From NCBI GenBank assembly GCA_963724295.1, contig CAVRUC010000007.1:256001-320000 (forward strand): 64,000 bases of DNA, read 5' to 3'. The notes under the pieces were generated by a model that did not search any database, was not told the origin of the DNA, and was given only the letters and a program-made list of their open reading frames with translations. How positions within the stretch are numbered: the stretch's first letter is position 1; each line of letters opens with the position of its first letter. This stretch comes from an uncultured Chloroflexia bacterium. Lineage in GTDB: Bacteria; Chloroflexota; Chloroflexia; Thermomicrobiales; UBA6265. Made by a program: the position numbers and the translations under genes. Shown here piece by piece: positions 10,144-19,767 of this stretch.

Positions 10144-11286
10144 GTGGACGTCTCCTCTCCTCAAGAGCTCCTCCAACGAACTCTGGCGCAAGTCAGCCGC
10201 GCCGTGGCGACGAAGACAACGTATCCCGTTCTGAGCAACGTTCTCATCGACGCCGACGGCGAAACGCTCAAGCTCGCGGCCACGAACCAGGAAATCGGCA
10301 TAACGTCGATGATCCCGGCGCAGGTGGATGAGCCGGGGCGGGTGACGGTGGACGCCAGGTTGCTCTCGGAGTTCGTCAACACCCTGCCCTCAGAGTCAGT
10401 TCGATTTTCCATGGAACCGGGCCGCTTGACGCTCAAGGTCAAGGGAGTCGGGGCGGATGCAGAGATTAATGGCATCGATGCCGAAGAGTTTCCGATCCTG
10501 CCGCGAGCAGAGAGCGGCGCATTCACGGCAAGCGTCGATCCCCAGGTCCTTCGCGAAATGATCTCTCAGGTCGAGTTTGCCGCTGCCACTGATGACAGTC
10601 GGCCGGTCCTGGCAGGTGTGCTTATCCGTCTCGAGGATGACCGGATTACCATGGCGGCGGCCGACGGTTTTCGCCTCGCTGTACGCGATGGTGAGCTGGC
10701 GGCGCCGGTACCCGAACGACTCGATGTCATCGTGCCGGGGCGGGCGTTGCGGGAGCTCGCTCGCATTGTCGGCGATCGGACTGAACCGATTGACCTGACG
10801 ATTACGCCAAACCGTGCCCAACTTGTCGTGCACAGTGGCGAGACCGAGTTCTATTCGCGGTTGATCGACGGTACGTTTCCCGATTTTCGCCAGATCGTCC
10901 CGCGCGAGTTCGCCACCACTCTTGAAGTGAGTCGAGACGAGTTCCTGGCCGCGGTTCGCAGGGCGGGATTCTTCGCTCGTGACAACAACGACGTGGTGCG
11001 TTTGAGCGCCAAGGCTGACCCCGACGAGCTGGCCCCAGGCACACTCGAGGTATCAGCCACGGCCGCGGAGCGAGGCAGCAGCCAGAGTCATGTACCGGCG
11101 GCGATCAACGGCCCGGAAGGCGAAATAGCCTTCAACGCTCGTTACCTGACCGATGTCCTCTCGATTCTGCGCACGGGACGGGTCATGGTCGGGATGAACG
11201 GGCCGAACCAGGCAGGCGTGGTGAAGCCGCTCGAGTCCGAGAGCTACACGTACGTCATCATGCCCATGGTCATCGGCGCTCACTGA
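10144..11286 (+). CDS. dnaN: DNA polymerase III beta sliding clamp
   Basis: SRPVLAGV, AADGFRLA, SRLIDGTFPDF, IAFNARYL, YVIMPM; TGnTATACT at 10090-10098. Confidence 0.97.
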   Translation: MDVSSPQELLQRTLAQVSRAVATKTTYPVLSNVLIDADGETLKLAATNQEIGITSMIPAQVDEPGRVTVDARLLSEFVNTLPSESVRFSMEPGRLTLKVKGVGADAEINGIDAEEFPILPRAESGAFTASVDPQVLREMISQVEFAAATDDSRPVLAGVLIRLEDDRITMAAADGFRLAVRDGELAAPVPERLDVIVPGRALRELARIVGDRTEPIDLTITPNRAQLVVHSGETEFYSRLIDGTFPDFRQIVPREFATTLEVSRDEFLAAVRRAGFFARDNNDVVRLSAKADPDELAPGTLEVSATAAERGSSQSHVPAAINGPEGEIAFNARYLTDVLSILRTGRVMVGMNGPNQAGVVKPLESESYTYVIMPMVIGAH

Positions 11287-11302
11287 CACACGTCGGGCAA
11301 CA

Positions 11303-12526
11303 GTGCTGATGCGCCTGCATGCTCTCGAGCTGGACGAATTCCGCTCGTTCCGCAGGCTCGAACTGGCGATCGACCCGGCCGGTTTCCGCGCAATTGGTCC
11401 CAACGCCAGCGGAAAATCGACAATTCTGGAAGCGATAGCGATGCTCGCCACGACTCGGTCGCCCCGCACGGCGGCGGAGCGTGAAATTGCGCACTGGGAC
11501 AGCGGAAGTGATCTGGCGGTTCCTCCCTATGCCCGGCTACGAGGGGAGTTCGAGCGCCAGGACGGGCTCCACCAGATCGAAATCGGCATGACTCTTCGCG
11601 ACCGCGCGCAAAGCTCACTGAAGAAAATCGTTCGATTCGATGATCGGCCGGTCCGCGCGGTGGATGCCGTTGGTCAGTTCACCACCGTCCACTTTTCTCC
11701 GGAAGATGTGAATCTCGTCTCGGGCGCCCCCAGTGCGCGGCGCCGATACCTCGACGTAGCCGTAAGCCAGTCGAGTCGGTCTTACCTGCGCGCACTTTCG
11801 CGATACGGCCGGGTCCTCGAGCAGCGGAACAGCCTTTTACGTAGTCTTTCCCGCGATCGGATCACACCGCAAACTGGTCGTCCGGCGCGAGAACTCCCGT
11901 TCTGGGACGCGGAATTGACCGCGGCGGCCGCGGATCTGCTTGCGTTCCGCCTCGGCGCGATCCAGGCACTTAGCGGTCGAGCGCGGCAACATTTCGAGCA
12001 ACTAACCGGAGACGCATCACTCGCTATCACCTACGCTTCCCCTCGTATGGATCTCCCGGAGACCATCCCCGCGAACGAGGATTGGCGCTCGCCCCCGCAA
12101 TCGCTGCGCCAGACGCTCTCAGCGGCGTTTACCAGGAGCCTTGGTTCACTCGCTACGGAAGAGCTGCGGCGCGGCATCACCGTAGTGGGGCCGCATCGTG
12201 ATGACTTCTGCATTTCGGCGAACGGAGCGGATCTCGCGCGGTATGGATCGCGAGGTCAGCAACGCCTTGCCGTCGTCGCGATGAAGCTAGCGGAGCTCGA
12301 CCTTCTGGGCGACTCCCTGGGAGAGCCCCCGGTGCTCCTGCTTGACGACGTTCTTTCCGAGCTGGACATGGCTCGTCGGGAAATGATCGTCGCGGCGTTG
12401 GCCGCTCGCGACGCACAAATTTGCGTTACGGCGACTGACGAGTCTGACCTGGCGTCGTCCGAGCTCGCGCATCTCCCACTTTTGCGCACCAGCAAAGGTT
12501 CCGTCGAAATACACGATGCGAGCTGA
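11303..12526 (+). CDS. recF: DNA replication/repair protein RecF
   Basis: GPNASGKSTILEAI, GPHRDD, GSRGQQR, LLLDDVLSELD. Confidence 0.97.
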   Translation: MLMRLHALELDEFRSFRRLELAIDPAGFRAIGPNASGKSTILEAIAMLATTRSPRTAAEREIAHWDSGSDLAVPPYARLRGEFERQDGLHQIEIGMTLRDRAQSSLKKIVRFDDRPVRAVDAVGQFTTVHFSPEDVNLVSGAPSARRRYLDVAVSQSSRSYLRALSRYGRVLEQRNSLLRSLSRDRITPQTGRPARELPFWDAELTAAAADLLAFRLGAIQALSGRARQHFEQLTGDASLAITYASPRMDLPETIPANEDWRSPPQSLRQTLSAAFTRSLGSLATEELRRGITVVGPHRDDFCISANGADLARYGSRGQQRLAVVAMKLAELDLLGDSLGEPPVLLLDDVLSELDMARREMIVAALAARDAQICVTATDESDLASSELAHLPLLRTSKGSVEIHDAS

Positions 12527-12530
12527 TTGA

Positions 12531-13679
12531 ATGAGCATTCGCCCGGCACCGGGCCGACGACGGCGTCCTCCGGATCGTTCGGCTTGGATGAAAGTGAACC
12601 TAACCGGTCGGTTTCGGCCGGTGCTGTGGCTGTACTTGATCCTGGGACTTGCGGCAGCGACGCTGGCTGGATGTGCTTCGACAGAGGTCCAATCCGGCAT
12701 TTTCGTCATCCGCCTGGCAGACGGAGCGCTCGACCGAATCGGCGAACCAGCGGGTATACCGGTCTGGTCTCCGACTAACGACTCGATTGCCTGGGGCAAT
12801 GAGGACGGATTATTCGTTCGGGACCTGCACGAACCTACCGCGAGGCACCTGGCGATCGGCCCGGTTGCTGGGGTGCCCGCCTGGTCCCCGGACGGCGAGC
12901 GCCTCGCTTACATTGATGCCAACCGGGCTTCGCTTGCAGTTGTCACCGCTACTTCCGGGGTGGAACAGTTCACCCAGCCATTAGATCGTCGCCGAAGTAC
13001 CAGCTCTCGATTCGCCCTGCTTACCCTCGGCGGCCCTTCGTGGGCGCCTGACGGCTCGAGCATCGCCTATGTCTGCTGGGATGGCGCCGGTGACGAGATC
13101 TGCGTCATTCAATCAGACGGCACTGGTTGGCGACAGGTGACGCGATTGAAACCTCGCGAGAGCGACAGTGGCACTGCTACTCCGCAAGCGTCACCGGCCG
13201 AATCAAACACCGGTCCTCCCGCCTGGTCGCCTCGGGGGAACCTCCTGGCGGTTGCGGTCTATCCCGAGCGGCCCGGAGCGCCGACCGGTGTCTTCCTGGT
13301 GGACCCGGAAGAAGGAATGGCGCGCCGGGTCAGCTCATTGCAGCCGAATTCCGTCATCAGCTGGTTCCCGGACGGCCGTTCGATACTCTTCTCCGCGTTC
13401 AGGCGAGGGCGAAGCGATGTCATGCGAGTCGCACTCCCGACAACGATCGTTCAGACAGTGACCGCTGGACTGCCGGAGGGATCCCGAAACCCGGCCCTTT
13501 CCCCCGACGGCTCGCGCATCGCCGTGGAAACTCGCGGCGGCATTGCGATATTGGAAGAGGACGAAGCTCTACGGGAATTCAGCGTCCGAGGCCTGCGCAG
13601 CACATATCCCGACTGGGCCACTGATGGCACGAGCATCGCGGTCTTGGCTATTACGGATCCCATCGCGATCTACAACTGA
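12531..13679 (+). CDS. TolB-like/PD40 beta-propeller lipoprotein (start may be 12588)
   Basis: Repeated P.WSPDG motifs; LAGC lipobox. Confidence 0.8.
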   Translation: MSIRPAPGRRRRPPDRSAWMKVNLTGRFRPVLWLYLILGLAAATLAGCASTEVQSGIFVIRLADGALDRIGEPAGIPVWSPTNDSIAWGNEDGLFVRDLHEPTARHLAIGPVAGVPAWSPDGERLAYIDANRASLAVVTATSGVEQFTQPLDRRRSTSSRFALLTLGGPSWAPDGSSIAYVCWDGAGDEICVIQSDGTGWRQVTRLKPRESDSGTATPQASPAESNTGPPAWSPRGNLLAVAVYPERPGAPTGVFLVDPEEGMARRVSSLQPNSVISWFPDGRSILFSAFRRGRSDVMRVALPTTIVQTVTAGLPEGSRNPALSPDGSRIAVETRGGIAILEEDEALREFSVRGLRSTYPDWATDGTSIAVLAITDPIAIYN

Positions 13680-13749
13680 ACCAGCAGCGGCCCAAGTCGG
13701 TCCCGCTCACTCGGGCATCACTGGCGCTCTCCGAAACCTGAAGTCCCTC

Positions 13750-14008
13750 GACGGGCCGCGAGAGCCGAGCAAAGTGCTCAAACGCTTCAAGGCGGCGCTA
13801 AGGCCGGCTCACCGGAGCAACGGTTCCATGATCTGCGGCATAACGAAGCGGCGTACCTGCTTGCCAGGGCGTACCAATGCGCGTCGTCATGGATATCCTT
13901 GGACGCTGGCAGATGGCGGCGACGGAAGACTTTTATAGCCACGTCATGCCGGCTGCACATCGAGACGTTGCGGGTTTGCTCGACCGCGCTATGACTTCCG
14001 CGACTTAG
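13750..14008 (+). pseudogene. Tyrosine integrase C-terminal remnant
   Basis: Across frameshifts reads PSKVLKRFKAAL..QRFHDLRH..LLAQGVPMRVVMDILGRWQMAATEDFYSHVMPAA; adjacent to the tRNA-Gln 3' end. Confidence 0.85.
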
Positions 14009-14123
14009 CATCCAGGCAGGAAGTCGAAAATGCCACGTGCTGACATCCCGTTCCACTCCGCGAAGATTCGACGGAACGGACCTGAGCCCCGTTGCGGAAT
14101 CGGTTGGGGTAATTTGTAAAAGA

Positions 14124-14151
14124 AGGAACCGGGGCAAGAGCCCCGGTTCCT
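14124..14151 (-). terminator. Intrinsic terminator after tRNA-Gln
   Basis: 12-bp stem AGGAACCGGGGC/GCCCCGGTTCCT followed by TCTTTT. Confidence 0.8.
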
Positions 14152-14183
14152 CAATTTCGGCTCAGTTGCGGGATTTTCTCCGG

Positions 14184-14254
14184 CTGGGGAGCAGGGATTC
14201 GAACCCCAACTACCTGATCCAGAGTCAGGCGTCCTACCGTTAGACGACTCCCCA
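14184..14254 (-). tRNA. tRNA-Gln(CTG)
   Basis: Cloverleaf TGGGGAG...CCTGA-CTCTGGA-TCAGG...GGTTCGAATCC; CCA not fully encoded; TGnTAAACT upstream. Confidence 0.95.
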
Positions 14255-14307
14255 AAGCGCGTCGCCGAGTTTAGCATGAGCCAAAAGAGCTGTTCAACGC
14301 TGACTGC

Positions 14308-15219
14308 TCATCGGCTCCGGGCATTGCCCCGTTCGACTTCCGGGAGCTGCGCGTAGGCCGCCGTCACGGTGTTGCGGGCAAGTGCCATGGTTGTGACCGG
14401 AGTCGTCCCGCCGGGCACCGGGGTGAACGCTCCGGCCACGCGCTCGACTGACTCCCCGTCGGCGTCACCAATTATTCGCCCCGATGCCACGTTGACCCCG
14501 AAGTCAATCACGGTCGCGCCCGGTTTAATCATCCCGCCGGTAAGTAACCCTGGGTGCCCGGCAGCCAAGACGACGATGTCCGCCGTCCTGGTCTCGTCTT
14601 CGAGCGGCACTGATCGGCTATGGCAGAGCGTCACGGTCGCATCCCGCGCCGTCAGCAGCGCGGCCATCGGCTTACCGACCACGTTACCGCGCCCGACTAC
14701 GACCGCGCGCGAGCCGGCGACCGGGATCTGGTAGTGGTCGAGGATTTCTAACCCGGCCAATGGAGTGCTCGGGTAGAGCGTCGGCAGCCCAAGATGGAGC
14801 CGCCCTACGCTGGTTGGCGAGATACCGTCGACATCCTTTGCCGGAGCGATCGCCGAGACGACATCGAGCACATGAACGTGCGGAGGCAAAGGGAGTAACA
14901 CGATCAAGCCGTGGACGTCGCCGCGTTCATTGAGCTGTTCGACTGCGTCGACAATCCGGGCGGTCGTAGCCGCCACCGGCAGCAGAACGTCGACATGAGT
15001 TATGCCGCAAGTCCCCATTGCCTGCGCGATCGCGTCGCGATAGGCGGAGGACGGCGGCGCGCTTCCAGCGAGCACGGTTGCCAGCGTAGGAGAGCTGCCG
15101 GTCTCGTCGATGAAAGACCGCGCCGCGGTCTCGACTTCCAACCGGACTCGCCGCGCCACCGGTGCACCGCGCAGGATCTTGGCAGATGTCAGAGCGATCC
15201 CCTTTGCCCGGTTAGACAC
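14308..15219 (-). CDS. folD: Bifunctional methylenetetrahydrofolate dehydrogenase/cyclohydrolase
   Basis: IAPAKDVDG, VVVGRGNVVGKP, TVTLCHS, TPVPGG. Confidence 0.93.
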   Translation of the reverse strand: MSNRAKGIALTSAKILRGAPVARRVRLEVETAARSFIDETGSSPTLATVLAGSAPPSSAYRDAIAQAMGTCGITHVDVLLPVAATTARIVDAVEQLNERGDVHGLIVLLPLPPHVHVLDVVSAIAPAKDVDGISPTSVGRLHLGLPTLYPSTPLAGLEILDHYQIPVAGSRAVVVGRGNVVGKPMAALLTARDATVTLCHSRSVPLEDETRTADIVVLAAGHPGLLTGGMIKPGATVIDFGVNVASGRIIGDADGESVERVAGAFTPVPGGTTPVTTMALARNTVTAAYAQLPEVERGNARSR

Positions 15220-15258
15220 CGCGGCGGAAGCAATTGTGTCTGAAAAGGCAACTCTGTG

Positions 15259-15435
15259 ACGAGCTAGCGGACAGCCGGAACTCGTTCGTCATGGACTGGT
15301 GGTTTTGCGTGCGCGCGACTGTCGCCATCCGCAGCCACCCGATTCCTTCGAATCGCTCAACTACGACCTCATGGCTCATGCCGAACGCTGAACACGCGGC
15401 GTAGGGGCGGCCGATCACCAGTCATAACGACAGTC
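15259..15435 (-). ncRNA. Candidate structured RNA in the folD 5' region (family not recognised)
   Basis: Long rod-like fold with many minus-strand G-U pairs, an alternative 12-bp helix and a TAATGT -10 just upstream. Confidence 0.5.
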
Positions 15436-15551
15436 GACAAACATTATCTGCCAGTGCCAGTGTCGCCTACGGTGCTCATGCCACCGTGCTGTCGTTAGCG
15501 CGGCCGTGCATTGGCAGTACCTGTCCGACCACGTCACGAGTGGAAGCATAG

Positions 15552-15580
15552 TTGACCGTGCGACAATCTCGTGCTACTAT
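15552..15580 (+). promoter_or_regulatory. Promoter of the XRE regulator
   Basis: TTGACC-N17-TACTAT with extended TG. Confidence 0.75.
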
Positions 15581-15664
15581 GCAGTCAACGAGTTGCCCGC
15601 ACGTTGACTCGTAGACAACAGGCCGGGCGGAACCCCTCCGACTCAGGCAGAGGTGCGAGCGACA

Positions 15665-16081
15665 ATGGGACACGTTGGTGCTGATTTCGGTGGTTTGCTA
15701 AAGGCAATGCGAGAAGCCCGGCGCATCTCGCAGAGCAAGCTTGCGGAGCGGGCGGACTTCGACCACAGCTACGTCAGCCGTCTCGAGAGCGGCGCGAGGA
15801 TGCCGACGCGCGACGCCGTCGAGCGCCTGGCATCGGCGCTCACGCTGGCCCAATCTGAAGAAGATGGGCTCCTTGCGGCGGCCGGGTTCCTTCCCCGCGA
15901 TGTTTCGAGTCTGCTCTCCGACGAGCCCGTGCTCGGCGAGGTGCTGGATCTGCTCCAGAACGACTCAGTCCCGGCAGAGTACCGGGACAACATCCGCCAG
16001 GTGCTGCGACTCTTGACCGAGCAGGCACGGTTCGCCGTCAGACCGCTAGCTCAGAACGGGCTGAGTGGAGTTGCGGCCTGA
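15665..16081 (+). CDS. XRE family HTH transcriptional regulator
   Basis: FGGLLKAMREARRISQSKLAERADFDHSYVSRLESGARMP. Confidence 0.9.
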   Translation: MGHVGADFGGLLKAMREARRISQSKLAERADFDHSYVSRLESGARMPTRDAVERLASALTLAQSEEDGLLAAAGFLPRDVSSLLSDEPVLGEVLDLLQNDSVPAEYRDNIRQVLRLLTEQARFAVRPLAQNGLSGVAA

Positions 16082-16105
16082 CGTTTCGCCGTTGTCGCAG
16101 CGGGG

Positions 16106-16136
16106 CCGCGGGCGCTAGCGCCCGCGGTTTGCTTTT
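16106..16136 (+). terminator. Intrinsic terminator
   Basis: CCGCGGGCGC-TA-GCGCCCGCGG followed by TTTGCTTTT. Confidence 0.8.
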
Positions 16137-16282
16137 CTGGGAACCGGGACCTGCGAAGTCAAGAAAAAGCTCTACTGCCGGAGCCGGACTCGGCTAGCAT
16201 TCCAGGCGCCCGCTACGCGCCCTCGCGTTCCCCGCTTGGTCTCGTGCTCTCTCGGTGAGAGCCGATTTGTGCGGAGGCTGAG

Positions 16283-19200
16283 TTGGCGGAGTTTGCCCAC
16301 CTTCACTTACACACCGAGTACTCACTGCTCGACGGGATGGGTCGTACCGCGGAGTACGCCGCGCGCGCCAGGGATCTGGGTATCCACCACATCGCGGTCA
16401 CGGACCACGGAGTCATGTACGGCGCGATGGAGTGGTACCGGACGGCAACGAATGCCGGGCTGCACCCGATCATCGGTGTTGAGGCTTATCTGGCCGAGGG
16501 CAGCGCGCGGGCAAAGGAGCGCAAGTCGTACCATTTGTTGCTCCTCGCCGAGAACGAAACCGGCTATCGCAACCTTCTGAAGCTCTCCACGTTGGCCCAG
16601 CTCGAGGGCTACTACTACCGACCGCGGATCGACATGGAGATGCTTTCCGAGCACGCGACGGGGCTGATCGCCACGTCCGCCTGTCTGGGCGGTCCGGTGG
16701 CCAACAATTTTCTCCATGACAGACCTGACGCCGCGCGCGACTATGCCGGCAAACTCGCAGAGATCTTCGGCCCTGATCGGTTCTTCATTGAACTTCAGGA
16801 CCATGGGTTGGCGGACCAGGTTCGAGTGAACGGGGACCTGATTCCGCTCGCCAGGTCGCTCGGCCTGCCGATTGTCGCCACGAATGACGTGCATTACTGC
16901 CAGCAAGAAGACGCTCCGGCTCAGGATATTCTGGTCTGTATCCAGACAAACACGACGCTCAACGATCCCAAGCGACTGAAGTCTGAGAGTGATCAGCTCT
17001 TCCTTAAGAGTCCCGAAGCGATGGCTCGAGTATTCCGAGATGTTCCGGAGGCGGTATCGAATACGATCAAGATCGCCGAGATGTGTTCGCTCGACCTCGA
17101 GTTTCGTGGCTACCATCTTCCCGAGTTTCCCGTTCCCCCAGGGTTTACTCCGGATACATACCTGGAATCGCTGTGCCGGGAAGGCGTCCAGCACCGATAC
17201 GGGCATGTTTCCGGTGAAGTGGCTGCTCGCCTCGCCTACGAGCTCGACGTCATTAAAGGGATGGGTTTCGCGAATTACTTCCTGGTCGTGTGGGACTTCA
17301 TCCGATTCGCCAAGGAGAAGGGGATCCTGGTGGGTCCTGGGCGGGGTTCGGCTGCGGGTAGCATCGTGACGTACTCGTTGGGGATCACTGCGCTCGACCC
17401 ACTCGCCTACGACCTCATTTTCGAACGATTTCTCAACCCCTCGCGGATCTCGATGCCCGACATCGACATCGACTTCGCTGATGACCGCCGTAACGAGGTC
17501 ATCGACTACGTCGTGTCCAAATACGGCGACGACCGAGTAGCTCAGATCGTGACCTTCGGCACGCTGGCCGCCAAAGCGGCAGTGCGCGATGTCGGGCGGG
17601 CGATGGGACGCTCCTTTTCCGAGACCGACCGCGTTGCCAAGCTGATCCCGGTGGGACCGGGCATCACGATCAACGGAGCGCTGACGAAGGTTCCGGAGCT
17701 CCGGACGATTTATGAGGGCGAGGACGCGGTTCGCGAACTGATCGACGCGGCGCGCAAAGTCGAAGGAATTTCTCGTCACGCATCGACGCACGCTGCCGGG
17801 GTTGTCATCTCGCGGGACCCGCTCGTGCAGCACGTGCCATTGCAGCGAGCGGGAGGTAAGAGCGAAGGCGATATCACGACCCAGTTTCCGATGGCGCAAC
17901 TCGAAGAGCTCGGACTGTTGAAGATGGACTTTCTCGGGTTGCGTACCCTGACGGTGCTCGGCAAGGCAGTCAAACTTCTCCAGGACGCTGGTCACGACAT
18001 ATCCCTTGAGACCATCCCGCTCGAGGATGCCAAAGCGTTCGAACTGTTGCGCCGCGGCGAAACGACCGGCGTTTTTCAGCTGGAGGGCAGCACCACGTCG
18101 CGCATGACGGTGGAAGTGGCACCGGGCCGATTCGACGACCTGACTGCGCTGATGGCGCTAATCCGGCCTGGGCCAATGGCGATGGCTCCGGAGTATATCT
18201 CGCGAAAGCACGGTCGGACATCAATTGAGTACGTTCATCCAGACGTCGAGCCGATTCTGCGCGAAACCTACGGAGTCGCGCTCTATCAGGAGCAAGTCAT
18301 CCGGATCGCGAACGTTCTCGCCGGGTTTTCGATGTCGGAGGGCGATGGGCTGCGCAAGGCAATGGGCAAGAAGTTGCCCGAGCAGATGAAGAAATACCAG
18401 GACCGATTTGTTTCGGGGTGCGGCGAACGCGGGATCGAGAAGCGGTTGGCGTCGGACATCTTTGCGATGATCGAGCGATTCGCCGGTTATGGTTTTCCCA
18501 AAGCGCACAGCGCCGCCTACGCGGTCATCGCCGCGCAAACTGCGTATCTGAAAGCGAACTATCCAGTCGAGTTCATGGCGGCGTTGCTTTCGTCCGAGCT
18601 TGGTAATACCGATCGCATTGTTTCCCTCATGGCGGAATGCAGACGCGCCGGAATCGCGGTCTTGGCGCCGAACATCAACCGCAGCACAGTCGAGTTCGGC
18701 GTCGAACGCACCGAGGACGGGTCGAGCGCCGTCCGGTTTGGTCTGGCTGCTGTGAAAAACGTCGGTGTTTCCGCGGTCCGGGCCATCATCGAAAGCCGCA
18801 ATGCGGAACCGTCCGGCGGATTTCCGTCCCTGAGCGCAGTCTGCGACGCGATCGACTGGTCGGGCGTCAGTCGCCGAGCGCTCGAGGCCCTGGCAAAGGC
18901 CGGTGCTCTTGACGAGCTCGGTGACAGGGGAGGGATTCTCGCGACGTTGGACGCGGCGATCGCCGCCGCGCAGAAGCGGCAGCGAGCCACTGCCAGAGGT
19001 CAGATGGATTTGTTCGGCGGCGCTGACGAAGCGCGGGCAGACCCGCCGGTTCAATCGGCAGCCGTGGCACCCCGCGAGATCCTTGAATGGGAAAAGGAAC
19101 TGCTCGGCACCTACATGAGCGACCATCCTCTCTCGGAGATTCTAGCCTCGGCCCTGCGGTCCGAGGCTGGCCGCAACCTGTGTGAAATCGCCCAGCTGGA

Positions 19201-19756
19201 GGCGAAAGCCCTCGGGTCGACCGTGCGCATGCTGGCCATGGTGGCCAGTATTCGCCGCATCGTCACAAAAACGGATCGCTCGATGGCGGTCGCGGTCCTG
19301 GAGGACCTCACCGGCAGAGTCGACCTGGTGCTGTTCCCGGAGGCGTTTGAGCGTTCCAGTGAGCTGCTTCGCGAGGGGGTCATCCTCGACGTGCGGGGGC
19401 GACTCGAGCGACGAGGCGAGGCACTGCAAATCGTCTGCGAGTCGCTCTCCGCGGAACTTCCAACAGCGAGCCCGGATGTGTATGAACCGGAGACGATAAT
19501 CATCCGCTTCCGTGCCGGCGCCGATTCATGGGCCGAGATCAAGGCGATGCAGGAGGTCGACGCGATTTTGAAGCGTCACGAGGGGGAGTGTCCAGTCGTA
19601 ATCGAAGTCGCCGCGCAGCCGGACCTCACATGCCGAATGCTCAGCAGGACGCGCCGCTGCGAATGGTCGCCTTCGCTCGAACACGAGCTGCAGATGGTGA
19701 TCGGCGTGGACGTCGCGGAACTTATCCCGGCCGTCCCTGCCAGGCTCGCCTCATAG
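16283..19756 (+). CDS. dnaE: DNA polymerase III alpha subunit
   Basis: HLHLHTEYSLLDG, GPGRGSAAGS, PDIDID, GLLKMDFLGL, FPKAHSAAY. Confidence 0.98.
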   Translation: MAEFAHLHLHTEYSLLDGMGRTAEYAARARDLGIHHIAVTDHGVMYGAMEWYRTATNAGLHPIIGVEAYLAEGSARAKERKSYHLLLLAENETGYRNLLKLSTLAQLEGYYYRPRIDMEMLSEHATGLIATSACLGGPVANNFLHDRPDAARDYAGKLAEIFGPDRFFIELQDHGLADQVRVNGDLIPLARSLGLPIVATNDVHYCQQEDAPAQDILVCIQTNTTLNDPKRLKSESDQLFLKSPEAMARVFRDVPEAVSNTIKIAEMCSLDLEFRGYHLPEFPVPPGFTPDTYLESLCREGVQHRYGHVSGEVAARLAYELDVIKGMGFANYFLVVWDFIRFAKEKGILVGPGRGSAAGSIVTYSLGITALDPLAYDLIFERFLNPSRISMPDIDIDFADDRRNEVIDYVVSKYGDDRVAQIVTFGTLAAKAAVRDVGRAMGRSFSETDRVAKLIPVGPGITINGALTKVPELRTIYEGEDAVRELIDAARKVEGISRHASTHAAGVVISRDPLVQHVPLQRAGGKSEGDITTQFPMAQLEELGLLKMDFLGLRTLTVLGKAVKLLQDAGHDISLETIPLEDAKAFELLRRGETTGVFQLEGSTTSRMTVEVAPGRFDDLTALMALIRPGPMAMAPEYISRKHGRTSIEYVHPDVEPILRETYGVALYQEQVIRIANVLAGFSMSEGDGLRKAMGKKLPEQMKKYQDRFVSGCGERGIEKRLASDIFAMIERFAGYGFPKAHSAAYAVIAAQTAYLKANYPVEFMAALLSSELGNTDRIVSLMAECRRAGIAVLAPNINRSTVEFGVERTEDGSSAVRFGLAAVKNVGVSAVRAIIESRNAEPSGGFPSLSAVCDAIDWSGVSRRALEALAKAGALDELGDRGGILATLDAAIAAAQKRQRATARGQMDLFGGADEARADPPVQSAAVAPREILEWEKELLGTYMSDHPLSEILASALRSEAGRNLCEIAQLEAKALGSTVRMLAMVASIRRIVTKTDRSMAVAVLEDLTGRVDLVLFPEAFERSSELLREGVILDVRGRLERRGEALQIVCESLSAELPTASPDVYEPETIIIRFRAGADSWAEIKAMQEVDAILKRHEGECPVVIEVAAQPDLTCRMLSRTRRCEWSPSLEHELQMVIGVDVAELIPAVPARLAS

Positions 19757-19767
19757 TAATTCAGTGC

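Noticed and set aside
15259..15435. ZTP (pfl) or THF riboswitch upstream of folD
   Set aside because: Only a partial UGACUGG resemblance; the GGGGAG junction and 3' CGCCUGGGC hairpin are absent, and no THF consensus is seen
16322..17995. Long antisense ORFs (also 30564-32186, 44285-45496, 20-1036)
   Set aside because: Shadow ORFs from high-GC codon bias opposite well-supported genes
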